A stretch of DNA of 64,000 nt from Naegleria gruberi (Eukaryota): assembly GCA_000004985.1 (NCBI GenBank), contig GG738903.1. One strand, written 5' to 3'. Of this stretch, positions 1 to 9,729 are shown one piece after another. Every line of letters begins with the position of its first letter. The first letter of the stretch is position 1. The position numbers and the translations under genes were made by a program. The notes under the pieces were generated by a model that saw only the letters and a program-made list of their open reading frames with translations, searched no databases and was not told the DNA's origin.

Positions 1-490
1 TTTGTGATTTATTAGTGCAACTTGCAAAATTAAAGAACCAGCGAATCATTCACATCGATTTAAAGCCAAATAATATAGTGAAATATGGTGGCCATTATTT
101 TATAACTGATTACGGATTGTCAATTTGTTATCATTCATTGGATGGAGAGGTTTGCAGGGATGAGACTAATGAAATTATCAAATCAACAGCAGGCTCTCTT
201 TTTTATGAATCACCTGAGAAGGAGGAGGGTTTATATCTCCGAAAAGTGATATATTCTCATTGGGATGCACTATTGATGAGATAATCAACTATTCCAAAGA
301 TAATAATTCTACTAATGGAAATCAATTTAATAACAATGTAATAGAACTTATTTCGCATATGAAAGACCCATCGATTAAGACTAGATGGTCAATTGAACAA
401 TGTGTTACACTCCTGAAATCTCAATACAAAACAGAGCTAAAGACAAGTGTTGATCTTTTCTTGCAAAAGGAAAAGTATGTTAAACGATAA
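1..490 (+). CDS. Protein kinase catalytic domain, C-terminal part. The 5' end is cut by the window edge. The reading frame shifts once at about 215-240.
   Basis: The frame of ORF 15..284 (open from nt 3) has the catalytic loop 'IIHIDLKPNNIV', a DFG-like 'ITDYGLS' and the activation-loop end 'GSLFYESPE'. Kinase subdomain IX 'SDIFSLGCTIDEII' then continues in the frame of ORF 260..490, which opens after a TGA at 215-217. The shift lies in a purine/G run (gagaaggaggagggttt); one extra G would restore a single frame. Confidence 0.6.
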
Positions 491-654
491 CAATTGTTCG
501 GACGATTCATTGTTCTATTAAGCACTATAGGTTTCAATAAACCAAAAAATATGACTCAATTACTACTATTTAGATGGTGGTTTCAACATGTCTATATCTT
601 GGAATCGTCATTTGTAGGTAGTAAAGTAATTGTCCCTATATATGGAGAGATAGG

Positions 655-1755
655 TTACACTTTATTTGGGTCAATTGTTTCGTTTGTTTCGTCTTTTTCC
701 ACCACAATTTCTGAAACTACCTTAGTAGAAACATTTGCTTTCACATCCCTTTCCTCAATCTCAATCTTATTCATTGATTTCCTTTTTACAATATTTGCCA
801 ATTGATGTCCAAATTCAGAAACATTATCCAGTGGTCCAAAAGAAAAGTTTACAACAATACAAAAAATGAAAATTGATGATCTGTGAATTAAAATTGAAAT
901 TACACTGAGTGGCATGACAGCACTAGCAACTCCGGCAGTAATGACACCCACTGCATTCATCATAGACATTATAACTTGACCAAAGTTCAGAATTAGCAAG
1001 TTTCGGCAGACTTTCCTTTTTTGGTCGGTTATGACACTTTGATTTTGACCAAGTAGCTTTCTAATCAACAAGACGGTGATTGTAAAGTTGAGAATTGACA
1101 AATAAAAGAATGCTGCAGATATTACACTTCCAAGAGTTGGATGAAATATTTTTGTAAACTGTTGTATAGTAAGAACTTGACTCAAGCTCAGAATTTTCCT
1201 TCCCGGATCAATAAAAGTCAATAATGATGAGATAAACGCATAGGGCATGCTCAAAATCAACAGCAAATTGAAAAATGCAACAATTCCAATCGTTGAAATA
1301 AGCACCACTTTCTTACCAATCGAATGAAGTTTCGAATTTCTCATCCAAGTTTGATTTTCATTAAAATACACTGCATAAAGTACTTTCGTTATAACAGCCT
1401 GACAATCCAAACATAATGTCAAGCTCAATAAATATCCAGCAAACTCAAATCCAAGAAAAGTTCCGGTCAACCCAAGTGGACCAACAAGCAGAGCTGAAGT
1501 ATACCCAATTAAACCACATAATTGATAAATCTGCTGATTTAAACAGGTAAATATCAAGAGTAGGTACATTAATCTCTTGTTTTTCACCATTTTCTTCCAT
1601 TTATAGATTAGTAGAATCGTCATGGAAAGTAGAAGAAACAAGAAGAATAAAGCTCCGAGAGAATTGAGAGTAATGATGGAAATAAAGGTGCCAAGATAAT
1701 CTGATTTGGCTGTAGGTGAGGCAGATGTTGTAGAGTTGGTCAATGTCGAGTTCAT
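655..1755 (-). CDS. Seven-transmembrane receptor-like protein, paralog A of a local three-gene family (366 aa)
   Basis: True ATG at 1755..1753. Seven hydrophobic segments. N-terminal 'MNSTLTNSTT' ectodomain with N-glycosylation sequons. Motifs shared with the paralogs at 1904..2961 and 5437..6834: 'GTFLGFEFAGYLLSLTL..C(Q)A(I/V)ITKVL..VYF(N/H)(E/Q)SQ(T/S)WMR' and the C-terminal 'NFSFGPLDxVSExGxQLANxVKR(K/R)S'. Confidence 0.7.
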   Translation of the reverse strand: MNSTLTNSTTSASPTAKSDYLGTFISIITLNSLGALFFLFLLLSMTILLIYKWKKMVKNKRLMYLLLIFTCLNQQIYQLCGLIGYTSALLVGPLGLTGTFLGFEFAGYLLSLTLCLDCQAVITKVLYAVYFNENQTWMRNSKLHSIGKKVVLISTIGIVAFFNLLLILSMPYAFISSLLTFIDPGRKILSLSQVLTIQQFTKIFHPTLGSVISAAFFYLSILNFTITVLLIRKLLGQNQSVITDQKRKVCRNLLILNFGQVIMSMMNAVGVITAGVASAVMPLSVISILIHRSSIFIFCIVVNFSFGPLDNVSEFGHQLANIVKRKSMNKIEIEERDVKANVSTKVVSEIVVEKDETNETIDPNKV

Positions 1756-1903
1756 TCTTTTTTTTTGATGTCTTGAAATGTCAAACTGTCAAGAGATAAT
1801 TTAGAGACGAATCTAAAAACAAATTGGGAGAGACATTGTCATTTTCAGTTTTTCATTAGTTTTCATTCAATTTTCGCGAAATAGATACATATTTGTAGAA
1901 ATC

Positions 1904-2961
1904 TTAAACTTTATTTTCTGATTCCTTATTCGAAAGCTCTGCCTCCTTATCCTTAATATGAACATCAGTCTTAATAGAAAGAGATCTCCTCTTCACAACA
2001 TTTGCCAACTGCTCACCCAATTCTGAAACATCATCCAATGGTCCAAAAGAAAAGTTTACAAAAATACAAAAAAGGAAAATCGAAATTCTATGAGAAGCCA
2101 ATCCAATCACAAATAAAACAAGAGGAATTACAGTAGCCACTCCCATTATTATAATTCCAATGATATTGAGCAGTGCCATTAACACTTGTCCAATGCTTAA
2201 AATTATTAACTTTCTGCAACATTTCCTTTTTTGGTCAGTTATGATACTTTGACAAAGATAGAGTTTTCTGATTAGTGAAATTGAGAGAGAAAGATTAAGC
2301 ACGCAAAAATATAGGAAGGAAAGTGAAATGAGAGCTCCCAAAACTGGATGGAAAATTCCAGTAAATTGGCGAAGTGAGCTACTTTGAGATGGAGTGAGAA
2401 TATCAACTTTGACAATTATGGAAAATATAAAGGCGAAGGGGATGCTTAGTACTAATTGTAAATTAAAGATTGTTACTATGAAATACTTGTAAACTTTACA
2501 AAATTTCTAAATATGGAATTTTCTTTTGAATTTCTCATCCATGTTTGTGATTCATTAAAATATACTCCAAAAAGAACTTTAGTAATAATCGCCTGACAAT
2601 TCAATAATAATGTCAAGCTCAATAAATATCCAGCAAACTCAAATCCAAGAAAAGTTCCATTCAACTGAGGCGGACCTTTCAAGAATGAAGTTAAATATCC
2701 AACCAATCCACAAGTTTGATAAACAAACTGATTCAAACATGTAATTATCAACGCTATCGACATGATTCTCTTATTTTTAACCATTCCTTTCCATTGAACT
2801 ATCAAGAGAATGGTCATGAAAAGAACAAGAATGAAAAAGAGAAAACTTCCCACAGAATTCAAAGTAATGAGAGATATTACTTGGGCATTGTTAGTGGATG
2901 AAACTGTAGAGTTTTCTGTTGTGTTGGTAATGTTTGATATAATCGTCGAGTTGAATATCAT
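1904..2961 (-). CDS. Seven-transmembrane receptor-like protein, paralog B. It is disrupted by a single -1 frameshift near 2504-2507, which is either a homopolymer error or a pseudogene.
   Basis: ORF 2476..3021 gives the N-terminal half (real ATG 2961..2959, 'MIFNSTIISN...WMRNSKENSIF'). ORF 1904..2341 extended upstream to the TAG near 2503 gives 'KFCKVYKYFIVTIFNLQLVLSIPFAF...FSFGPLDDVSELGEQLANVVKRRS'. This aligns residue-for-residue with paralog A ('LHSIGKKVVLISTIGIVAFFNLLLILSMPYAF'). One missing T in the plus-strand run at 2504-2506 joins the two frames. Confidence 0.55.
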
Positions 2962-3334
2962 CTTGTTTTTTTTTATATTTGAGTTTCGTATCTCTTTTGG
3001 ATTCAATTGACCTATATACAAATATCTCTAATTGGTTGAATATCAACAACAAGCGTGATCTTTCTTTACATGCAATGATGGAGTTGTTCTGTAATTCTAA
3101 ATATCTTGTTCGGTCAATTTGTCAACCTGTCATATTAAATTATCTCTTTAAATCATAAACAATTTAATCTTTTCAAATAGTTTTACATTCGGTATTAAAG
3201 TTTTCAATTCTTTCAATTCAACCTTACTTTCGGCCACAATCTCAATCGAAGCAAATGTTTTAATTGTCTTGGCCAATTCAATGCCCAACTCTGAAACATT
3301 ATCCAGAGGTCAATTGGGTGTGATGCCAATAGAT

Positions 3335-4912
3335 TTACTTGGCTCTTGAATTTCTCAAAGTTGTTAAGAAAATACCAAATGTCTGAAGAAATGATTCTAG
3401 TTTGACAGTCAGATTATCTCCATTAATAGCTTTCATATCCATGTTTGTCCATAGTGTATATTCATTCCCTTTCCATCTAGAATACTGTTCAAATGATCTC
3501 ATACTTCGTGTCTTGTAAGTTTTCCAAATTTCCAATAGTCCTGAAGTTCCATCTGGAAGAAACAAACTATTTGTCAATCCAAGATCATGATAACCAATAA
3601 GAAAATCAGCTTGATGAACTCGTTTCACTTGCTCTACAAATGAAAACTTATTGAGATCAATTCGTTCTAAAGTAAAGGTATAACCATACTCTGGATGCTT
3701 TTTCAAATTGATTAAAACTTCATCTTCGTTTGTGATTTTTCCCGAGCTCACAAAAAGTCCTCTAATCATTTCATCTGATGATGAGAAAGAAGGTCTTCTC
3801 TTTTCTATTCCTAGAGTGCTTAGAATTCTATCTGAAAAGGCAGTTACGAGTCTAACTTTGGATTTGCATTGGCTTGGATCAAACTCTGAAAAATCTAACA
3901 AATTGGATTTGAGTTGAGTGGCCACTCCAGCATGTTGAAAGATGGCTCTTTCAAATCGAACTGTTTTTTCCTTGAAATAGGAAGCTTTTCTAGCAGGTCT
4001 CTTCAAGGAGAAGGTAGAATTCCACAAAAAGTCATATGGAGATTCGTAATGTTCATCCAACAATACAATTTGAACATTCTTACTATCCAATTTGAACATT
4101 TCAATCATTTGAAAAGTTGCAAAGAAATCTGACAAGGCATGAAACAAATTGGCGTGATCATCTTGTTCTCTAGTAACGAAAATAGTCACTCCATCAATGT
4201 ATTCAACCTTATCCTTCTTTTCCTTAAAATTTTCTTCCTTAAATGTTTTGAAACTTGAGAAAATTTCCTTTCCAAAGTGTTTTGAAAATTGAGAAAGATC
4301 CAAATTCACTGGATTTCTCTTACACTTGCCAAGAAGAGCTCCTGCCAAGTATGTGTAATAGGTTTTCCTTTTACAATTATAACCAGGTCTGTACTTTAAA
4401 CATGGCACTCGTTTCAATTTTGAAAAATCCATCACCAAATTACTTGATTCACAAACAGTGTGTGGAAATGTATCCGAATCAACATGTTTGTTATTGTTCT
4501 TGTAACATGTGAGAGTGGCTTGATTAGTTTCCATCTCCTTCTTCTTTTCCAAATCAATAAGACCAGAACTTGGAATGACATAATCGTCCTTTTCACACAT
4601 TTCAATAGCTTGTTGCTTCCATGTTTGCAAAAGACCACATCCATACTCTCTTTCACACAATTCCTTCTGCTTTTCTTCTTCAGATAGGTTAACACTTGAT
4701 GGTAGATTGTTCATTGAGATTGGTTTAGTACATATGAGTGGTGGAATCCTAGAAGGACGAAACTTTTCATCATCTGTTGAAACATCTTTCAAAGATGATG
4801 TTTCCTTAGAGTTTGTCGTTTCAATAGTTACTGAAAATTGCTCTCTCCTAGTTCCCTTCCCAACAGCAGTATTCACCAAACCAATAGTACGAGCATTCTC
4901 ATGGATATTCAT
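3335..4912 (-). CDS. Glycosyltransferase family 61-like protein (EOGT / DUF563-type), 525 aa
   Basis: ATG at 4912..4910. The C-terminal motif 'ADFLIGYHDLGLTNSLFLPDGTSGLLEIW' resembles the conserved GT61 motif (VGMHGAGLTHLLFLPDWAxVFEL). No signal peptide is obvious. The family assignment is by motif only. Confidence 0.5.
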   Translation of the reverse strand: MNIHENARTIGLVNTAVGKGTRREQFSVTIETTNSKETSSLKDVSTDDEKFRPSRIPPLICTKPISMNNLPSSVNLSEEEKQKELCEREYGCGLLQTWKQQAIEMCEKDDYVIPSSGLIDLEKKKEMETNQATLTCYKNNNKHVDSDTFPHTVCESSNLVMDFSKLKRVPCLKYRPGYNCKRKTYYTYLAGALLGKCKRNPVNLDLSQFSKHFGKEIFSSFKTFKEENFKEKKDKVEYIDGVTIFVTREQDDHANLFHALSDFFATFQMIEMFKLDSKNVQIVLLDEHYESPYDFLWNSTFSLKRPARKASYFKEKTVRFERAIFQHAGVATQLKSNLLDFSEFDPSQCKSKVRLVTAFSDRILSTLGIEKRRPSFSSSDEMIRGLFVSSGKITNEDEVLINLKKHPEYGYTFTLERIDLNKFSFVEQVKRVHQADFLIGYHDLGLTNSLFLPDGTSGLLEIWKTYKTRSMRSFEQYSRWKGNEYTLWTNMDMKAINGDNLTVKLESFLQTFGIFLTTLRNSRAK

Positions 4913-5436
4913 GGATGGAAGTTCTTCATGTTGTTCTTCTTGAAGAGTAGTAGTAGTAAGTAAATCCCCTCTACTCTACTCCATATATTATCCTCCGCAC
5001 TAGAATCCACGAAAATATAATAAACACCAAGCATATAACAAGATAAACCTTAATCAATCGTTTGATCTTGACTAAATTAAACAAACTCTTATTCATGATT
5101 GCTGCTAATTACACTAATATAACAAGTTACTCCTTCTTAATGTACAATGTGTGAGATTTAGCAATGAAATGCTCGCTTAGATGTTGTTGATTTTTTTTTC
5201 ATTGAGTAAAATAATCAACGCTCTCTCACGCTTAATTTGGCAACTGGTTGAATGACCCTAAAAGAATCTTTTTACCGACCCTTAGTTACTTGCTGAGAAC
5301 ATTGTTCGTGGAGCTGAGATTGGCGAGTATTAAGGCGCAACAACATTCATGTGGAAAGCTGATTGTGAGATTGCCAGTCAATGAGTTTTAAAGAGTGATG
5401 GTCCTGTTCTGGGTGTTGTTGATTGTTGTTGGGTTA

Positions 5437-6834
5437 TTAATCATTGAGAGGAATATCAACAAAGATATCTTCATATTGTATATTATCGATTTTCGTCGTA
5501 GTAGTTTGATGATGATCAGTAGCAGTACTCATAGTGGTATTACTGTCATTACTTTTCTTACTGTCATTACAATTGGTTGGAGCACGCAACTGATCAGTTG
5601 CAATCGCCTCCTGAGGCCCAAAGGAGCTAGTAATGTTGAAGGGTGAGTAAATGGGCTGCTTGTTTGTTGCTGTATACTTGATCATCATCATGGAAGATAT
5701 TTCGCTGGCTTTTCTAAATGCCTTTGAATCAATATTGAAAGAGTTTGAAGTTTTTTGATTGGTGAGTTGAATTTCACTGGTTTGACATGAGGATTGAGTA
5801 TTATCCCCATGTGGCTTCTTCTTACCTTCCAATTTTAATTCATAATGAAAGTAATCCATAGGTCCAAAACTGAAACTCACACAAATGGCAAATAACAGAA
5901 ACACAAATCTATGAATGACACCAGTCAATATGAACAAGTATGGATACCATATACCAATAGCTCCCAAAATAATTGAGATTGAATTAATAATTGCCATGTA
6001 GAATTGACCAAATGTTAAGAGTACCAACTTTTTACATGCATTTCTGCGAGGGATTGGGACTGGCCTGTTTTGGAGAAGGTATCTTGAGAGTAGAAGAACC
6101 AAAGTTAAATTTAACACTCCTGTAATGATGGCACATCCAGAGTTTACAAGACCAACAATGGCCACAGAAATAATTGACCAAATGCCAAGAATACTTCCAA
6201 CTCGTGTATTTCCTCCATCCATATAATATACCATTGAACAGATCAGAGTGAATGGAACGAGAATAATGAATGCAATAGTCCAAATTAATGTCATTCCAAT
6301 TGTGTAATATTTTGTAAATATTCTAAACTTTTCATTGAATGAATAGCTTTCTGCTCCCTTCCTCATCCATGAATGAGATTGATGAAAGTAAATTCCATAC
6401 AATACTTTTGAAACCATTGCTTGAAAATAGGTACACATTACAACAGTTGACACGAGTCCACAATAATAAATAACGAAAAATAATTGACTCAAAAATTCCT
6501 GAATATGAGTCAGTGCTCCAACATCGTGAGCTATTCCAACTCCCTGTGAGAGAATTTGCAAGATGGCTGTAAATATTAAGGAAATGTAAAAGAATCTCTT
6601 GAAGGGAATCATTTCCTTCCATCGTTTGATGAGGAGAGTGGTCATTATAATGGTCAGTATCAGATAACTCAGTATTCCAATTCCATGAGTAGTAACAGAA
6701 ATGTAGTATCGTTCTATTGCAGAAGTAAAAGTTGATGATGAAATATTGTATTGATGGAAAACTATTCCTGGATTCAATGAGCCATGCTGATGCTGGTCAA
6801 CAATAGAAACAGTCATCTCACGATTATTATTCAT
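5437..6834 (-). CDS. Seven-transmembrane receptor-like protein, paralog C (465 aa) with an extended S/T/N-rich C-terminal tail
   Basis: ATG at 6834..6832. Seven hydrophobic segments. It shares the family motifs ('AMVSKVLYGIYFHQSHSWMRK', 'VSFSFGPMDYF'). The tail is long and low-complexity. Confidence 0.7.
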   Translation of the reverse strand: MNNNREMTVSIVDQHQHGSLNPGIVFHQYNISSSTFTSAIERYYISVTTHGIGILSYLILTIIMTTLLIKRWKEMIPFKRFFYISLIFTAILQILSQGVGIAHDVGALTHIQEFLSQLFFVIYYCGLVSTVVMCTYFQAMVSKVLYGIYFHQSHSWMRKGAESYSFNEKFRIFTKYYTIGMTLIWTIAFIILVPFTLICSMVYYMDGGNTRVGSILGIWSIISVAIVGLVNSGCAIITGVLNLTLVLLLSRYLLQNRPVPIPRRNACKKLVLLTFGQFYMAIINSISIILGAIGIWYPYLFILTGVIHRFVFLLFAICVSFSFGPMDYFHYELKLEGKKKPHGDNTQSSCQTSEIQLTNQKTSNSFNIDSKAFRKASEISSMMMIKYTATNKQPIYSPFNITSSFGPQEAIATDQLRAPTNCNDSKKSNDSNTTMSTATDHHQTTTTKIDNIQYEDIFVDIPLND

Positions 6835-6976
6835 AGATATTTGTCAATGAGGTATTTGTTTTGAATAGTATTATCTCTCCGCTCTCAATGATATGCAACA
6901 AATCTTACAAGACAGGCATTGATGTGTAGTAACTTAATCTTACAATAGAAATTCGAAAGGGTGACCTTACCTTTAT

Positions 6977-8914
6977 TTAATCACTGAAAGAACCTTCTTC
7001 ATCAGAAATGGTAGCTTCTTGATTTTCTTCATTTTGAGATGTTGGTGATTGAGCATCTGAGTTATCCTCACGAATGATATCGTTCCATGTATGTTCCTCC
7101 TCTTCTTCACTTGAAGAGTCAACACTGCTCAATTCCATTCCATCATCAACATAATCCTCATCATTACGATCATTCTCCTCTGTCATTTCCTCATCCGAAT
7201 CCATTCCCATTTCTCGCATTAATATTCTTCTCTGAATGTCAGCCAAAAATTGATTAGCTGTTTCAATTCTATTTCTCAATGAAGTCAGTTTCTCAACGAG
7301 TCCTGACATTTTCTCTTCATCAGTGTAGGTCATTTCAGAATCATATAAATGATGGGCGAAACTTTCTGAATCATCGAAATATCTACTAATATCATCAAGT
7401 GATTTGGAAATATCATATCGAAAAGGTTCACTTCCAAAATTACATTTTGCTTTCATATTCTTCCAAAATCCAAGTCCAAAACGCATATCTTCTTTGAGAG
7501 TATGGAGAATAACTGGAGAGGTTAAAAAGGTGCCATTCAATGTAAAGAATACAGCCTTGTGATGTGAAGAAAATCCACATCCCAACACATCTCCAACAAT
7601 AATTTCCTTTCCATCAGTGTTAACTTTGAATTTCGAGCTTCCTTCCTCAAGGAAAAATCCTGCATCATCAGTGTGAAAACCTGTTGATAAATCATCCCAC
7701 CCAACTTGTCTATTTCCCAAATATCTGTTATGCATAATACCAATAGAGTTTCTACCATCCTTTACCTTCTTCTTGGTGGCCATCATCTTCTTCCAGAATG
7801 AATTTCCAGAACTAGATGAAGTACTAGACAAGGGAGTAATCGGAGTTACTGGTTCAGGTTTCTCCAAGACAAAAGTTTCAACTTCGAAATAATAGATAGG
7901 AACTAAATACTCGAGAAGATAATTTGATGAAAGTTGTTTTTCTATTGTTGTTGTTGTTGAAGAGGATGATGATACCAATGTTGATATTGATGTTGTTAGT
8001 GGAGCAACTTGTATTGGTTCTACCAATGTTGTTGTTGATGAAGAAGCTTGAGGTTGAGCATCCACTTCAGTTGAAGAAATCTTCTTCTTTGGTGGCTTGT
8101 AAGGTAGATTAGGAATACGTTTGTCTGTTCTCAAGTTAATATCATAGGAAAAGGCACGAAACGTATCAGAATTTCCCTTACTATAGATTAACAAGTTTGT
8201 ATCTTTGGAATCCCTAGATATGAGATCTCTCAAATGAAATTCTCTATCGGTATCCTCGGAAGGAGTGATAAATGTTGTTGGGAAGTAATCGGGAATTATG
8301 TACAATAATCTTTTCAAAATATATACATCATCAGATAATAGCAATGACAATGATGAATCATCAGTAGGGAATGGTGATGACTTTTCATGAGGTCCATCAT
8401 CCTCTTCTTCTTCACTGCTCATTATTTGGCTCTGTTTTTCACTCTTCAATTTACACAAATATTTACAATTATTTACATAGGATGACAGAACGGAAGAATG
8501 TAATTTGCTTTCCTTCAGGACAATATCATACCAAATTGATGTCTTGTTGCTCATGTTTTTCCATTTGTTACAAACAAGCGGAATGGTCATGATTGCTTCT
8601 CTATATTCTACAAAGGGTAAAACGCAATGCTCAATTACATCATCCGTAATTAATCCAAAACTTCCATCATATTTGATGAGAGAAGATTCATCATTGTTAT
8701 TATTATTATTATCATTTTGTTGTTGGAGAGTGGTTAATGATGCTACTCCGGTCGTGATGTTGTTAATTTGTTGGTCATCATGAAATGATGAAAGCTTAAC
8801 GGACGGTTTGTCCCATTGTAGCTCATCTTCCATTTTTTTACTTTTTGATTTTTTATTAAAAATTAATTTTATTTTCAATTTAATTTGAGATTTCGTTTTT
8901 TGTTTTGTGATCAT
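6977..8914 (-). CDS. F-box-like / SPRY domain protein (FBXO45-like architecture) with poly-N and acidic low-complexity regions
   Basis: SPRY signature 'GWDDLSTGFHTDDAGFF...GDVLGCGF...FFTLNGTFL...NFGSEPFRYD'. The upstream 'ITDDVIEHCVLPFVEYREAIMTIPLVCNKWKNM' resembles an F-box. The C-terminal tail is acidic and serine-rich. There are two candidate ATGs, at 8914 and 8833 ('MEDELQWDK'). Confidence 0.6.
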   Translation of the reverse strand: MITKQKTKSQIKLKIKLIFNKKSKSKKMEDELQWDKPSVKLSSFHDDQQINNITTGVASLTTLQQQNDNNNNNNDESSLIKYDGSFGLITDDVIEHCVLPFVEYREAIMTIPLVCNKWKNMSNKTSIWYDIVLKESKLHSSVLSSYVNNCKYLCKLKSEKQSQIMSSEEEEDDGPHEKSSPFPTDDSSLSLLLSDDVYILKRLLYIIPDYFPTTFITPSEDTDREFHLRDLISRDSKDTNLLIYSKGNSDTFRAFSYDINLRTDKRIPNLPYKPPKKKISSTEVDAQPQASSSTTTLVEPIQVAPLTTSISTLVSSSSSTTTTIEKQLSSNYLLEYLVPIYYFEVETFVLEKPEPVTPITPLSSTSSSSGNSFWKKMMATKKKVKDGRNSIGIMHNRYLGNRQVGWDDLSTGFHTDDAGFFLEEGSSKFKVNTDGKEIIVGDVLGCGFSSHHKAVFFTLNGTFLTSPVILHTLKEDMRFGLGFWKNMKAKCNFGSEPFRYDISKSLDDISRYFDDSESFAHHLYDSEMTYTDEEKMSGLVEKLTSLRNRIETANQFLADIQRRILMREMGMDSDEEMTEENDRNDEDYVDDGMELSSVDSSSEEEEEHTWNDIIREDNSDAQSPTSQNEENQEATISDEEGSFSD

Positions 8915-9729
8915 CCTAAACTTTGCTAATTATTGAACAATTTCAATAACAAATCCTTTCAAAAAATAGTGAATTATCATAATAGACTTAGCATTGTATA
9001 CATTAGTAACTTTAGAAAACTGGTCTTTTCATCAAAATTTACGAAAATCTCTTAAATTGTCCATCAATCCAAAAAATCTCTATTTCCCATCAACAGTCAG
9101 CAAAAAATTAAATCCATCAAAAAAAAATGCTTGGAAAGCTAACGAAGAAGGTAACGCCGGTGAAGTTTGCCTTCAATTTCTCTATCGACTACTTGTTCGT
9201 TGAGACTATGGGTAACAATACAGTGATTCTTGATGATAATTTGTATTCGGTAGGTTTCGAATATAACAGTTTCTAATTGCTTGACTTGTCCGAATCGAAA
9301 TTCCTTGTTAACAACTGTTGTTATTATTGGATTCATATCTCTTTCCATCATCATCATCACCCATTAAAATATGATTGACATATGACTTTCGAATAGATTC
9401 AATGGAAAAGAGGTAGAAAACGAAAGGGTGAAACAGAATTTGTTCATCCACCACCAGGTTCCAAACACACAACCAAAATTAAAGTCATTTACAATCGTGC
9501 CTTTAGATTTGGTGGAACACTTTACAAAAATGAAAAGAAGAATGAATGGCAAAAGAAAGATTTAGTAATTAGTATTGAAGAAGTTGTTGCTGGAAAGGAT
9601 ATTGAACTTGCCAAACAGTATAATCAATATTTGCAACAATTGCAACATGGTATGTTCTCAGATTCATTGTTAAGATTGTTAATATTTTAATGTTCCTTTC
9701 AATATTTAAATGTTTACAAAAAAAAATTA

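Noticed and set aside
494-805. 103-aa plus-strand ORF
   Set aside because: It overlaps the 3' end of the minus-strand 7TM gene and has no supporting features.
8690-8720. (AAT)n/(ATT)n microsatellite-like tracts (also in the hslU intron and elsewhere)
   Set aside because: Here they code for poly-Asn on the minus strand or lie in an intron. They are ordinary low-complexity sequence for an AT-rich genome.
9139-9552. Minus-strand small ORFs (62-73 aa, including 'MMMMMERD...') in the 8915-9730 spacer
   Set aside because: They are short and low-complexity, and they lie in a divergent promoter region. A plus-strand candidate 5' exon explains part of the open frame better.
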